Source: a phage
Sequence record: PZ445413.1
Reading direction: 5' to 3' (one strand)
Length of the DNA stretch: 51,285 bases
The notes under the pieces were generated by a model. That model saw only the letters and a list, made by a program, of their open reading frames with translations. It searched no databases and was not told where the DNA came from. Numbering within the stretch: position 1 is the first letter of the stretch; every line of letters starts with the position of its first letter. This document shows positions 29,268-38,680 of this stretch, one piece after another. A program made the translations under genes and the position numbers.

Positions 29268-31268
29268 ATGGCAATTCCAAACATTAAAAAGCAATTATCT
29301 ACATTAGGCGATGCAGTGATAAAGGCGATTCAGGATCGTTTTACCGTTGGCGATATTAAGCCCTATCCTTATCAGTGCGTTGCATACGCTGAGATCGCAA
29401 AGCGACTGAGCAAATACAACGATCCGTTTTTCGTAAAGGCTTCCGTTTCCGCTGGTAAAACAATCATCTTTGCTATGGTTGCCGCGCAGTGTAAAAAGAT
29501 GGGGCTAAAAATGATGGTGCTGGCTCGCCAGGCTGAAATTGTGGATCAGGATTCAGAGGAGATCACAAACTTCGGCGTGCCAAACTCTATCTATTGCGCC
29601 GGACTCAACACCAAAAGCGCATACTTTCCAATTGTAGTTGGTTCCGAGGGAACTGTTGCAAATGGTCTGTTTAAGGCTCTTGGCGATTATGTGCCGCACG
29701 TTATCGGTATTGACGAATGTCACCAGGTCGATTGGGAAGATTTAGCGGATTCAATCGAAAACGAGGAAACATTCGAGCAAATGACCACTAAAAAAGGCGT
29801 TCGCGTCCTGGATGGTGATGGCTCGCAAGTTTTCACAAAAGACGGTGAGCCAATGGAGGGAACCGGACGCAGCCAATACACAATAATCATTCGTGAAATG
29901 CAGCGACGTTGCAAAGAGGCTTACGGGCATGAGTTGCGAATTTTTGGAATGACGGGATCGGAATTTCGCGGGGTTGTCCCAATTCTGGTTGAAGATAAAA
30001 AGCAGAAAGGTTTCTGGCGTGAGCAGGTAACGAACATTGATACCAATTATTTGATCGAATTCGGTTCTGTTGTGCCAACGAATTTTGGCAATGTTGATGG
30101 TCTGGGGTATGACCTTTCAGAGTTCACGGCATCAAGCGAGGATGGCGTTGCAGACTTCGATCAGAAAACACTCCGCAAGATGGAGGAGAAGATCCACAAT
30201 GACGCAACAATGACACAAAAAATTATGGCTCGCGTTCATGAGATCTGCAAAGACAGAAACGGCGTGTTAGTAACTTGCGCTGGTGAGCGACATTGCAAAG
30301 AGGCGGCGGCGGCTTTACCGCTTGGCACAACATACCGCATTATCACTGGCAAGACCGGAGAGAAACAGCGTAAGGAATGGTTACGTGAGGCATACGAGGG
30401 AAAAGTGAAATATATTTTCCAGGTTATGGCCTTAACAACTGGCGTTAACGTTCCGTTTTGGGATACATCCGTTATTCTTCGCAAAATCGGATCGCTCACG
30501 TTGCTGATTCAGCTTTTAGGGCGCGGAATGCGACTGCTTAAAAAATGGCATGTTGAGCAGGGATTCAAGAAAAGCGATCACCTTGTTTTAGACTTTGCCG
30601 GATGCATGGATGAATTAGGGCAACTTTATTTTGATCCTATCCTGGAGCAAGCGCAGTTTCAGCGCCGACACGACAACGGAAAAGATCCGAAACATTGCCC
30701 GATTTGCGGCACTGAAAATTCATTCTACGCTCGCCGCTGCATAAAGGTTGATGAAAATGGTAATCGGTGTGAACACTTCTGGAAATTTAGAGAATGCACA
30801 GATCAGATTGACCCGCGCACGAAAAAAGTTATTGTGCATGGTTGCGGAACAAAAAATGATGTTGTAGCGAGAATTTGCCGTCATTGTGATGTGTCACTAA
30901 TAGACCCTAACGAAAAGTTATCCGGCAAGCACTACACCAAAAACGATTGGTGCAATGTGAAATCGTTCCGTGTCGATATGACGAAAAACCAAAAAGGGAT
31001 CGTGTTCTGCTATGAATTGGAGGCACACGGAGAAACATTTAAGGCTTACGAAAAGTTTTTCCCTGAGTCAGATAGCCAGATCTGCAAAACGAAATGGCGA
31101 CAAACGGCGCTTAAACATATTCCAGATCGCAGAATTGCCGGAATGGTTGCCAGCTATCGCAATGCGCGTAAAATCATGAGTTATGCACATCATATTTTAC
31201 CGCCAGTTAAGGTTACGCATCGCAAAAATGCGAAAGGCGAGGATATTATTTATCATCGGGAGTTTTAA
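29268..31268 (+). CDS. SF2 DEAD/DEAH-box helicase with C-terminal zinc ribbons
   Basis: 666 aa; motif I SAGKT, motif II DECH; C-terminal CxxC pairs. Confidence 0.7.
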   Translation: MAIPNIKKQLSTLGDAVIKAIQDRFTVGDIKPYPYQCVAYAEIAKRLSKYNDPFFVKASVSAGKTIIFAMVAAQCKKMGLKMMVLARQAEIVDQDSEEITNFGVPNSIYCAGLNTKSAYFPIVVGSEGTVANGLFKALGDYVPHVIGIDECHQVDWEDLADSIENEETFEQMTTKKGVRVLDGDGSQVFTKDGEPMEGTGRSQYTIIIREMQRRCKEAYGHELRIFGMTGSEFRGVVPILVEDKKQKGFWREQVTNIDTNYLIEFGSVVPTNFGNVDGLGYDLSEFTASSEDGVADFDQKTLRKMEEKIHNDATMTQKIMARVHEICKDRNGVLVTCAGERHCKEAAAALPLGTTYRIITGKTGEKQRKEWLREAYEGKVKYIFQVMALTTGVNVPFWDTSVILRKIGSLTLLIQLLGRGMRLLKKWHVEQGFKKSDHLVLDFAGCMDELGQLYFDPILEQAQFQRRHDNGKDPKHCPICGTENSFYARRCIKVDENGNRCEHFWKFRECTDQIDPRTKKVIVHGCGTKNDVVARICRHCDVSLIDPNEKLSGKHYTKNDWCNVKSFRVDMTKNQKGIVFCYELEAHGETFKAYEKFFPESDSQICKTKWRQTALKHIPDRRIAGMVASYRNARKIMSYAHHILPPVKVTHRKNAKGEDIIYHREF

Positions 31269-31270
31269 TT

Positions 31271-31702
31271 ATGATTACTGATAAGGGAGATTACCTGGAG
31301 TATTACGAACGCGATCCGAGTGATACCAGGAAAGAGGATTCGCACCAGGTTGATTGCGTGGCGTGGTTGCGCCACCATTACCCGCAACTTTTATTTTGGC
31401 ACACGGTAAATGAGGGGCAAAAGACGATTACCAGCGCATTGAGGGATGAACAAGCCGGATTGCGAAAGGGTGTTTCTGATTTCGTTATCTTGATTGGTGA
31501 TCCGTCTTATAGCGATATGCCATACCCGTTTGCAGCTATTGAATTAAAGCGCGTGAACAAATCTGGAAAGGGAAAGGCATCACCTGTCAGCGACGAACAA
31601 AAGGCTTTTTTGCGTGATGTTCGCCAGCGCGGAGGATTTGCGGCTGTGGCTTATGGGTTCGAACAATTCAAACTGGCTATTGCGGATCTTTTCTATAAAT
31701 AG
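31271..31702 (+). CDS. VRR-NUC domain nuclease
   Basis: 143 aa; GVSDF...IELK (D...ExK) signature; overlaps helicase stop. Confidence 0.6.
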   Translation: MITDKGDYLEYYERDPSDTRKEDSHQVDCVAWLRHHYPQLLFWHTVNEGQKTITSALRDEQAGLRKGVSDFVILIGDPSYSDMPYPFAAIELKRVNKSGKGKASPVSDEQKAFLRDVRQRGGFAAVAYGFEQFKLAIADLFYK

Positions 31703-31743
31703 CATTTTTTGTTAAAACAGGCGCAACGGAATGCGCCATAATG
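31699..31743 (+). repeat. box cassette upstream of dam
   Basis: ATAGCATTTTTTGTTAAAAC with VRR-NUC stop TAG; hairpin ggcgca/tgcgcc; CATAAT. Confidence 0.5.
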
Positions 31744-31773
31744 CACACATCAAGACAAGCGAGGACATTTAAA

Positions 31774-32520
31774 ATGGCAAAAGATATTTTAGACAATGCA
31801 ACCATTGACGGCGTGGCGCAGGTTGACGAAATGGATTTTCACGAATTACAACACGGCAGATATTCAGATATTGCGTTGCGTTCTGGTGGTCATTATCAGC
31901 CAGTGAGGGAAAACACTTATTTCAAAGTTAGCGGCAACCGTTACGCCGGAAGTAATACGCCGGACGTTGTGCGCGACTTGTGGGCTACTCCTCGCGAGGT
32001 TGTAGAATATATGCAAGAGCGTTACGGTAAATATGATCTTGACGCGGCGGCAAGTGATGATAATAAAGTTTGCGATAAGTTTTACAGTAAGGAAACTAAC
32101 TGTTTAAAGCGCTGGTGGGGTTCCAAAAAACATGTTTGGCTTAATCCACCATACAGCAATCCAGATCCTTTTGTGTTAAAAGCAATTGAGCAAATGGAGC
32201 ACGATAACCAGATTGATATTTTATTACCAGCTGATAACTCAACAGCATGGTTTAAGGATGCACAGAAAAACGCGGCGGAAATTATCTGGATTACTGGCGA
32301 CACCTGGAAAGGAGAGGATGGGCGCGAATATTCAAGAACTGGACGCCTTGCCTTTATTTCTGGTCTTACTGGCGAACCAGTGCAAGGAAATAACAAAGGA
32401 AGTGTGATTTTTGTTATGCGCCAACTTAAAGAGGGTGAGCAACAGCAAACTCACTACGTTACAATTACTGAAATTTGCCCTTCTGTTAAGAATCGCAGAG
32501 CAAAGGCAAGGAGTTTTTAA
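31774..32520 (+). CDS. dam: DNA N6-adenine methyltransferase (phage Dam family)
   Basis: RBS gagga before ATG 31774; catalytic NPPY motif (WLNPPYSN); DLDAAAS motif. Confidence 0.75.
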   Translation: MAKDILDNATIDGVAQVDEMDFHELQHGRYSDIALRSGGHYQPVRENTYFKVSGNRYAGSNTPDVVRDLWATPREVVEYMQERYGKYDLDAAASDDNKVCDKFYSKETNCLKRWWGSKKHVWLNPPYSNPDPFVLKAIEQMEHDNQIDILLPADNSTAWFKDAQKNAAEIIWITGDTWKGEDGREYSRTGRLAFISGLTGEPVQGNNKGSVIFVMRQLKEGEQQQTHYVTITEICPSVKNRRAKARSF

Positions 32521-32631
32521 TATTAAATTTAATGCAAAAGTTTTATTTGTTACTGTTGCAGTGATGGCGGCTGGCGTGTTTTGTTCGGCTATGTTTGTAA
32601 AATTTGTTTATTCAATCGTTGAGGCGTTATC

Positions 32632-32865
32632 ATGAAAGAAAGAGCCTTGTTGCTTAATGAAACTGGCGAGTGGTTGTTATTCCGCGCAATGGTATGCGAG
32701 GCGCTAGATAAAAACCCGCACGCAAAGGAGATTATTGATTGCGACCCGTGGGAGTATTCAAGCGCGCTCGATATGAGCTTTGAAGAAACAAGGTCGTTAC
32801 CTCTTGAGAGGTGGCAAGAGCAGATCGCAAAAGACCTGCAAGAAATGATCGATATGCACAAATAG
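32632..32865 (+). CDS. hypothetical protein
   Basis: 77 aa ORF; stop TAG lies inside a conserved 20-bp box. Confidence 0.45.
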   Translation: MKERALLLNETGEWLLFRAMVCEALDKNPHAKEIIDCDPWEYSSALDMSFEETRSLPLERWQEQIAKDLQEMIDMHK

Positions 32866-32904
32866 CACGAAATGTTAAAACAGCCCCGCGAAAGTGGGGC
32901 ATAA
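32862..32904 (+). repeat. box cassette
   Basis: ATAGCACGAAATGTTAAAAC; hairpin ccccgcgaaagtgggg; CATAAT; leader aacgagga. Confidence 0.5.
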
Positions 32905-32937
32905 TCATTTCAACGAAACGAAACGAGGATTTGCAAA

Positions 32938-33093
32938 ATGAAAATTGTTAATGTTGAATATTTCAAAGATGCTCAATGGTTAGCAAGGGAATCATTGTTT
33001 ATGCTTGAGCGCAAAACCCCTAAAGTTATTGCGCAAATCCTTTGGAATGATGCAATGGAATTACTTAAAAAGGCTTACGGTTATGAAGATTGA
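32938..33093 (+). CDS. small hypothetical protein (51 aa)
   Basis: Not in ORF track (<60 aa); conserved leader aacgagga-N8-ATG downstream of box/hairpin cassette; stop overlaps next start. Confidence 0.4.
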   Translation: MKIVNVEYFKDAQWLARESLFMLERKTPKVIAQILWNDAMELLKKAYGYED

Positions 33094-33331
33094 AACCGGA
33101 CGCCAGGCAGTTTGGCAACATGCAAAAGAGTGCGGTTTAGATGAAGGGATCGCACTAATTGCTAAATATTTCGATATTAAAGACGTTAGTATTATTGGCA
33201 ACGGAAAGCTGTCATATATTGACGAAAGGCCGCGAAAGGTTCACAGGGTTCCGGCGATTCCTTCCCTGCAATTTTTCCGAGAGGAAAAGGCAAAAGAGGA
33301 CGCGGCAAAGAAAGCACAAAAAAGAAGGTAG
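33083..33331 (+). CDS. hypothetical protein
   Basis: ATG 33083 overlapping previous stop; basic K/R-rich C-terminus. Confidence 0.4.
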   Translation: MKIETGRQAVWQHAKECGLDEGIALIAKYFDIKDVSIIGNGKLSYIDERPRKVHRVPAIPSLQFFREEKAKEDAAKKAQKRR

Positions 33332-33340
33332 GTTGATTGT

Positions 33341-33415
33341 ATGCGTGGTTATTTTGCTGTAGTATTTGCGCCGATTGCTGGATGGCTGGCAATGTATTAT
33401 TTGGTAATGATGTAA
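33341..33415 (+). CDS. small hydrophobic peptide (24 aa, single TM)
   Basis: RBS gaaggtagg before ATG; MRGYFAVVFAPIAGWLAMYYLVMM; not in ORF track. Confidence 0.3.
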   Translation: MRGYFAVVFAPIAGWLAMYYLVMM

Positions 33416-33428
33416 GAGGAATTTTGAA

Positions 33429-34550
33429 ATGGCTGTACGAAAAATCACCGACGAGCAGTTTATTAAAGCACGCAAAGAGGGGAAAACCTACAAGCAGATC
33501 GCAGAGGAGTTCGGCCTTAATGTTCGCAGTGTCGAGCGTCGAGCGTCACGCCTTGCGCGTTCTGGTGAGACTGAAATTAAAGGCGCTCCAGGTTATGCAG
33601 TTGTGCGCGAGTCTGTTTTAACTCGCGCAAATGGTGAGGAAGTCATGAGATGGACTATCACCAATAAAGACAAAGAGCAATTAGAGGCTCTCATGCAAGC
33701 CGCTATGGATGCTTTCGCAGAGGAAGTGCCACGCTTGGAGCCGCAGCCGGAATCACGCGCTGATTATTCTGAAAGCCTGGCTTTATATCCGATCTTTGAT
33801 ATGCACCTGGGGGCAATGGCTCACAAGCATGAGTGCGGCGAGAACTACGACACCGCAACGGCGGAAAGGGTTATGAATAACTTTTTCGATTATGCAGTTA
33901 GTAAAGCGCCAAACAGTGAAAAGGCGGTGCTCCTGATTGGTGGCGATATGCTTCACAGTGACGGCCTGGAGGCTGTAACACCTGCAAGCGGTCACGTTCT
34001 GGATCAAGATAGCCGTTACGCAAAATTAGTTTACGTTGCAATCCGAGCCACGCGCCGCGCAATTAGCCTCATGCTGACAAAGCATAAAGAGGTTGAGGTG
34101 CAAATCATTGAAGGTAATCACGACCAATCAGGAATGATCTGGCTACGTGCTGCAATGGCGGCGGCATACGAAAACGAGCCTCGCGTAAACGTTGATGTGT
34201 CTCCGCGCGTTGTGCATCACACGCAATATGGTAAAACGTTCCTGGCTTACCATCATGGACATACGATCCGCAAGCCTGAAACGCTGTTGATGATGTGCGC
34301 GGCAGATTGGCGGGAGGATTTCGGAAACTCAAAGAGCATGTATGCGCATGTAGGCCATTGGCATCACCAGACCGTAACAGAAACGAGCCTGGGTATTGTG
34401 GAAGTTCATTCCACTATGGCAGCAAAAGACGCTTACGCGGCGCGCGGTGGTTGGCGATCTCGTCGTCGTGCGGCGGTGATTGTTTACGATAAGGAATATG
34501 GCGAGATTGGTCGCTTCATGTTCTACCCTGAAATGATGGAGATCAAATAA
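33429..34550 (+). CDS. HTH domain - calcineurin-like metallophosphoesterase fusion protein
   Basis: 373 aa; N-terminal HTH-like (YKQIAEEFGLNVRSVERRASR); phosphoesterase-like motifs DMHLG, GGDMLHSD, GNHD, HHGH. Confidence 0.5.
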   Translation: MAVRKITDEQFIKARKEGKTYKQIAEEFGLNVRSVERRASRLARSGETEIKGAPGYAVVRESVLTRANGEEVMRWTITNKDKEQLEALMQAAMDAFAEEVPRLEPQPESRADYSESLALYPIFDMHLGAMAHKHECGENYDTATAERVMNNFFDYAVSKAPNSEKAVLLIGGDMLHSDGLEAVTPASGHVLDQDSRYAKLVYVAIRATRRAISLMLTKHKEVEVQIIEGNHDQSGMIWLRAAMAAAYENEPRVNVDVSPRVVHHTQYGKTFLAYHHGHTIRKPETLLMMCAADWREDFGNSKSMYAHVGHWHHQTVTETSLGIVEVHSTMAAKDAYAARGGWRSRRRAAVIVYDKEYGEIGRFMFYPEMMEIK

Positions 34551-34717
34551 TGAAAGTTCGTTGCATCCGTAACACATCAAAATCTTTACCGTTTATCGTT
34601 GGCGCTGTTTATCGTGCCTTGAAACTTTGTGGTGATTTATACGAGATCCGCGACGGTCAAGGAAGCGCAATCCAGGCACCATTAAACGGACATTATCTGA
34701 CTTTTTCGCCACTATAA
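34550..34717 (+). CDS. small protein, member of KxxC...GKxY paralog family
   Basis: 55 aa; taATG overlap with previous gene; MKVRCIRN...VGAVYRAL motif; followed by terminator. Confidence 0.4.
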   Translation: MKVRCIRNTSKSLPFIVGAVYRALKLCGDLYEIRDGQGSAIQAPLNGHYLTFSPL

Positions 34718-34743
34718 AACATAATTAAATCATCAACTTGATA

Positions 34744-34771
34744 GGGGTTGGCATTTGCCAGCCCCTTTTTT
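34744..34771 (+). terminator. rho-independent terminator before lysis cassette
   Basis: ggggttggc attt gccagcccc followed by TTTTTT. Confidence 0.6.
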
Positions 34772-34847
34772 ATTGTTCCGTTTTCGCTCAAGGCTGGTTA
34801 GTATATATTCACATATTTATTGACAATTTAACTTTGAGGATCTAATC

Positions 34848-35063
34848 ATGAAAGAATTTATCAACGCCGCAACAATGGGTACTGGCGGATCATCATTAAC
34901 CAGCGCAGCAACGGGGCAGATCACAATTGCTGTTGCAAGCCTGGTGTTGATGGCGGCTTTTGGTTTATGGGGCGCTTATCTTCGCTGGAAAGATAGCAAG
35001 GCGTTTCAGGAAGCACTAGATCGCGGAGACATTCAAGAGGCAATCAAAATCAGGGGTAAATAA
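34848..35063 (+). CDS. holin (pinholin candidate)
   Basis: 71 aa; single strong TM segment; charged C-terminus; RBS gagga; immediately upstream of SAR endolysin. Confidence 0.55.
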   Translation: MKEFINAATMGTGGSSLTSAATGQITIAVASLVLMAAFGLWGAYLRWKDSKAFQEALDRGDIQEAIKIRGK

Positions 35064-35557
35064 TGACGATTAAGACGAGAATCACGGCGGGTGCTTTTGG
35101 CGTGGCGCTCGCCTTAACTTCTCCGCTACTGGAGGAGATAGAGGGAATCAGGTATAAGCCTTACAAGGATATTGCTGGAATCTGGACGGTATGCGCTGGC
35201 ATCACAGGAAAGGATGTGGTTTTAGGCAAGACGTACACGCAGCGCGAATGCGATGCGCTATTAGCAAAGCATATCAAGATCGCAAAGGATGAAGTTGATA
35301 AGCGCGTTAAGGTGGATATTCCAGACACCATGCGAGCGGCTCTATACTCATTCACATACAACGCCGGAATCGGAGCGTTTCGCAAGTCAACCATGCTGAA
35401 ACTGATTAATCAGGGGCGATTGTATGAGGCGTGCGATCAGCTATGGAGTTGGACGTATTACACAAACCCGCGCACCGGAAAAAAAGAGAAGTCGAAAGGC
35501 TTACACAACCGCCGCGCTGTTGAGTTCAAATATTGCGTTAAGGATCTGAAAAAATGA
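35063..35557 (+). CDS. SAR endolysin (GH24 T4-type lysozyme)
   Basis: 164 aa; N-terminal weakly hydrophobic Gly/Ala-rich segment; E-x8-D-x5-T catalytic spacing ([16 protein letters not shown]). Confidence 0.7.
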   Translation: MTIKTRITAGAFGVALALTSPLLEEIEGIRYKPYKDIAGIWTVCAGITGKDVVLGKTYTQRECDALLAKHIKIAKDEVDKRVKVDIPDTMRAALYSFTYNAGIGAFRKSTMLKLINQGRLYEACDQLWSWTYYTNPRTGKKEKSKGLHNRRAVEFKYCVKDLKK

Positions 35558-35946
35558 AACGAGTAATCACAGCAATTGCAGTTGCGGTAATGCTTTCCGG
35601 TTGTTCGGCATCAAGCGCGCTGACTGGTTTGATCGGCAGTAAGCCGGAAATCACAGCACAAGCCGGAGCGGAAAACGTAAAACAAACGGTAGGCGTAACG
35701 GCAAAGCAGGACACCAGCAGCAAGCAGGAAAGCACGATTAAGGATTCAGCCGTTGGCAAGGTTGACACCTCAAACAAAAAGAAGGTGAGCGCTTCAAGCA
35801 TTCAGGCTGAAACCATAACGGCGGATAAGATAGAGATCCGTAATTCAGATAGCGGCCTGGATTGGCAAACGAGTGTTTTGTTTTTCGCTGCAATCGCTAT
35901 CATGCTGGTTGCTATCGGTTACGGTAGAAACAAGAAAGGAGCCTAA
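35554..35946 (+). CDS. unimolecular spanin (u-spanin, T1 gp11-like)
   Basis: 130 aa; N-terminal lipoprotein signal with lipobox LSGC plus C-terminal TM helix; overlaps endolysin stop. Confidence 0.7.
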   Translation: MKRVITAIAVAVMLSGCSASSALTGLIGSKPEITAQAGAENVKQTVGVTAKQDTSSKQESTIKDSAVGKVDTSNKKKVSASSIQAETITADKIEIRNSDSGLDWQTSVLFFAAIAIMLVAIGYGRNKKGA

Positions 35947-35960
35947 CGGCTCCTTTTTTT
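35938..35960. terminator. bidirectional terminator after spanin gene
   Basis: ggagcc taac ggctcc plus T-run; A-rich on the other side. Confidence 0.55.
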
Positions 35961-36186
35961 ATGCGTCTTGCCACTCATGAGATTCATTTGTTGGCTTGTC
36001 GTTTTCGTCGTATGGTTTAATGTAGACTTCGTAAACCTCCCAGCCAAAGCGTTTTGCAATATCGTGCTCAGCTTTCAGCGCGTCGTAATGGCTCCATCCA
36101 TTAGCCTTGTTGTAAACGGTTGGAACCTCGATTGATTGACCGTTTGCAAAGTGGTTTACGCGAACTGCAACAAATTTGGTGCTCAT
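35959..36186 (-). CDS. hypothetical protein
   Basis: 75 aa; preceded on minus strand by box cassette and RBS aaaggaaa; convergent with spanin across shared hairpin. Confidence 0.45.
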   Translation of the reverse strand: MSTKFVAVRVNHFANGQSIEVPTVYNKANGWSHYDALKAEHDIAKRFGWEVYEVYIKPYDENDKPTNESHEWQDA

Positions 36187-36223
36187 GGTGATTTCCTTTT
36201 GTGTGTTTCGTTTCGATGAAACA

Positions 36224-36266
36224 AATATACCAGATACAAGATCGGGTTTTTTAACAAAAAGTGCTA
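36224..36266 (-). repeat. box cassette (minus strand)
   Basis: minus ATAGCACTTTTTGTTAAAAAAC ... TATATT; box carries stop TAG of 36264-36458. Confidence 0.45.
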
Positions 36267-36458
36267 TTCAAGCAATCTGACGTTAACCAATATCACGCCA
36301 TCACCATCACATAAATTATGCTCCTTGTCGCCAAACGCTTTCATGTCGGCTCGCATTATGGTTAACAGCGCATAAATCAGATCATCATGTGAGATTGAAT
36401 TTACGGCGCAATGCTTCAATATCTCGTCGATTAGTTTTTGAGCAGAATAATTCTTCAT
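36264..36458 (-). CDS. hypothetical protein (overlaps next gene)
   Basis: 64 aa; stop TAG inside box; 74-nt out-of-frame overlap with 36385-36777; weak RBS. Confidence 0.3.
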   Translation of the reverse strand: MKNYSAQKLIDEILKHCAVNSISHDDLIYALLTIMRADMKAFGDKEHNLCDGDGVILVNVRLLE

Positions 36459-36777
36459 CGCTTAACTCATTCAGGTGAAATAGATCGTAAATGTATTTAT
36501 TGCTCTCACCTTCCAGACTATACAACTCAAACCGGAAAGGCCGTTTTTTCGAGCCGTAGCACGTCACCACGCCGTTTTTTATATCAAGGTATCCCAATGT
36601 AGCCATTCGCGGGATAAACTCAAGAGAAACGCTTGAGGCGAATTTACGCGTCGTCATGTTTGCGGCTCTCGCGAGCCGCTCGCACTCTTTGTGCTGAAAA
36701 ACAAACTTTGCCAAATGTTGACGGTTAAACCAATCGTAACTTTCACAAAATTTATACAGATCTAAGAGAAACATCAT
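36385..36777 (-). CDS. hypothetical protein
   Basis: 130 aa; start 4 nt after stop of upstream ATPase gene. Confidence 0.4.
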   Translation of the reverse strand: MMFLLDLYKFCESYDWFNRQHLAKFVFQHKECERLARAANMTTRKFASSVSLEFIPRMATLGYLDIKNGVVTCYGSKKRPFRFELYSLEGESNKYIYDLFHLNELSDEELFCSKTNRRDIEALRRKFNLT

Positions 36778-36781
36778 TAAG

Positions 36782-38362
36782 TCACCCCAATAAAGCAGGA
36801 TTCACAAAGACGCGCCCATTGATTACGCAAACATAGTTTCGATCTTCAAGCATTGGCAGTAAATTTTCCTCTATGCGCTTCATAATGCCAGCTTGCCCCA
36901 GGAATGGTTTAACCTTGCGTGCCGATTCGTAAATTGCGCGAACACTTAAGATCCCTTTGTTGGCTTTGCCGTGGCGCGTGATAATGTCGATTAACTTGCT
37001 CATTTCGGCATCATCGCCAGCGTGACCGGAAGCATTCGCCGCACTGATGTATGTTTTGCTCAACTCCTGGAACATGATCAAAGCCTCTTGCATAGTTTCC
37101 AGTTCAATTTCTCTCGACTTCTGAGGCGATCCGCTTTCATTGAACCAGTTGCGGATTACATGCAGAACTGATGCAATGCGAATAACTTGCTTATCCATTT
37201 TACCCAGCGCACCGCGCAACATGGTATGTGAATATTTTCCGCCGTCTGCAAGATCTGGCTCCATTTCCTGGCGAGCGCGGTTTAAGCATTTCATTGCGGA
37301 TTTGCTGATCTTCAATGAAACTTCCGCCTCAGTCATGATGTTATGAATAAGTTGATAATATTGCGCTTTCAGTGTCGGATCTACTGGCTCAAAGGTTGAA
37401 TCACCATCATCATCAATGAACGTGCGGCGACCTAAAAACGATTCTTCACGAACCAACAAGAAACGCTCACTAACACCGATACCGCGTGAACCAGCTTCCA
37501 TAATGCCGCTTATCGTTTCATCCTGAGCAATTACGCTCATGCAACCCAGCGCTTTAAAACTCATGTTGTTTTCTGCATTGGCACGAGCAATAGAAACGTG
37601 TCCCGCATCCCATGCTTTTAACACCAATTCGCTGTTAGTTTTGCGCTCGCTGTTGGCGTAGGTCAATCCCAATAAGCTGTTAATACTGGTTGCTTCATCC
37701 GAGATAACCGCAAAATTTCCCTGGCGGTTGTTGATTTTCGCCAAACCTTCTGGCGTGGTGTCGGAAACAGGAAAAACAACATCACACAGTTTTTGCAATT
37801 TCTCCTCTAATTCTTCCTTTTCCTCATACAGTGCCGCCATATCAGCGCCTGATCTCTCGCTTTTCATTTCTTTAGCAAGGCCAGCGAGTTTAGCCATAAT
37901 CTTTTTGCGCTCTTTCTTGCGTTGTTCGTTGATTCGCTCAACCTCGCAAACCATAGGAGCAATCGCCAGGCTGTTGATCGCAGATTTACCAGTTGACGGC
38001 GGCTGGCTTGTTACAACATACAGCGCCGTTGGCTGATCGGTTCCATGATAATCAACAGTAAAACGACCGAGCATTGCAGCAGACACGCAACCTACAAAGT
38101 GCATGTAGGCAGATGAAGCCGGAAACTGAACTGATTTTGCAATATTGCTTGAAAGTTTTCCTACAACGTCAATATCGTTTCCCAACGAAATTACAGGGTA
38201 GCGGTCATTGCCTGAATTAACATCTTGAACATCGCCCCAAAAGCTGGATGATTGGCGGTAGCCGTTTGCGTTGATTGCAACACGCAGAGGCGAAACGCCC
38301 AGGCTTTCGGCAGTGTCGATAATATCTTTTGGTGATAAGCGTTTTTGTTCAAAATCGTACAT
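36782..38362 (-). CDS. P-loop NTPase (putative replication-associated ATPase)
   Basis: Start at Met with strong RBS aaaggaga; Walker A PPSTGKS and Walker B VISDE. Confidence 0.5.
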   Translation of the reverse strand: MYDFEQKRLSPKDIIDTAESLGVSPLRVAINANGYRQSSSFWGDVQDVNSGNDRYPVISLGNDIDVVGKLSSNIAKSVQFPASSAYMHFVGCVSAAMLGRFTVDYHGTDQPTALYVVTSQPPSTGKSAINSLAIAPMVCEVERINEQRKKERKKIMAKLAGLAKEMKSERSGADMAALYEEKEELEEKLQKLCDVVFPVSDTTPEGLAKINNRQGNFAVISDEATSINSLLGLTYANSERKTNSELVLKAWDAGHVSIARANAENNMSFKALGCMSVIAQDETISGIMEAGSRGIGVSERFLLVREESFLGRRTFIDDDGDSTFEPVDPTLKAQYYQLIHNIMTEAEVSLKISKSAMKCLNRARQEMEPDLADGGKYSHTMLRGALGKMDKQVIRIASVLHVIRNWFNESGSPQKSREIELETMQEALIMFQELSKTYISAANASGHAGDDAEMSKLIDIITRHGKANKGILSVRAIYESARKVKPFLGQAGIMKRIEENLLPMLEDRNYVCVINGRVFVNPALLG

Positions 38363-38378
38363 CTGAAAATCTCCTTTC

Positions 38379-38435
38379 TTGTTGCCGCTAATTATAACGG
38401 CAACAATACTACCCTGTTTTAACAAAAAGTGCTAT
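38379..38435 (-). repeat. box cassette with TATAAT in hairpin loop (minus strand)
   Basis: minus ATAGCACTTTTTGTTAAAAC then ttgttgccg-TTATAATTAG-cggcaacaa then aaaggaga-ATG. Confidence 0.55.
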
Positions 38436-38680
38436 TTGATCCGCTCTATGCGAGCCATTAGTTTTCCGGTCAGTGAGCTAACGCATTCAGCCGTAACGCT
38501 ATCTATTCGCTCAAAAGGTAACGATTGGCGGTAATTGTGTCCGATCTGCCATTTGCCGCCAACAACCTTAATTGGCTTGATAATGTCGCCAACTTTCATG
38601 CAGGAAGTTTCGCCATCTATGACTTTATAGCGCCATTCCTTTTGCACGTCGCCAACGCCCAAATAACGCTTTTCACTCAT
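38432..38680 (-). CDS. small protein, paralog-family member
   Basis: 82 aa; ATGA overlap with upstream gene; stop TAG inside box. Confidence 0.4.
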   Translation of the reverse strand: MSEKRYLGVGDVQKEWRYKVIDGETSCMKVGDIIKPIKVVGGKWQIGHNYRQSLPFERIDSVTAECVSSLTGKLMARIERIK

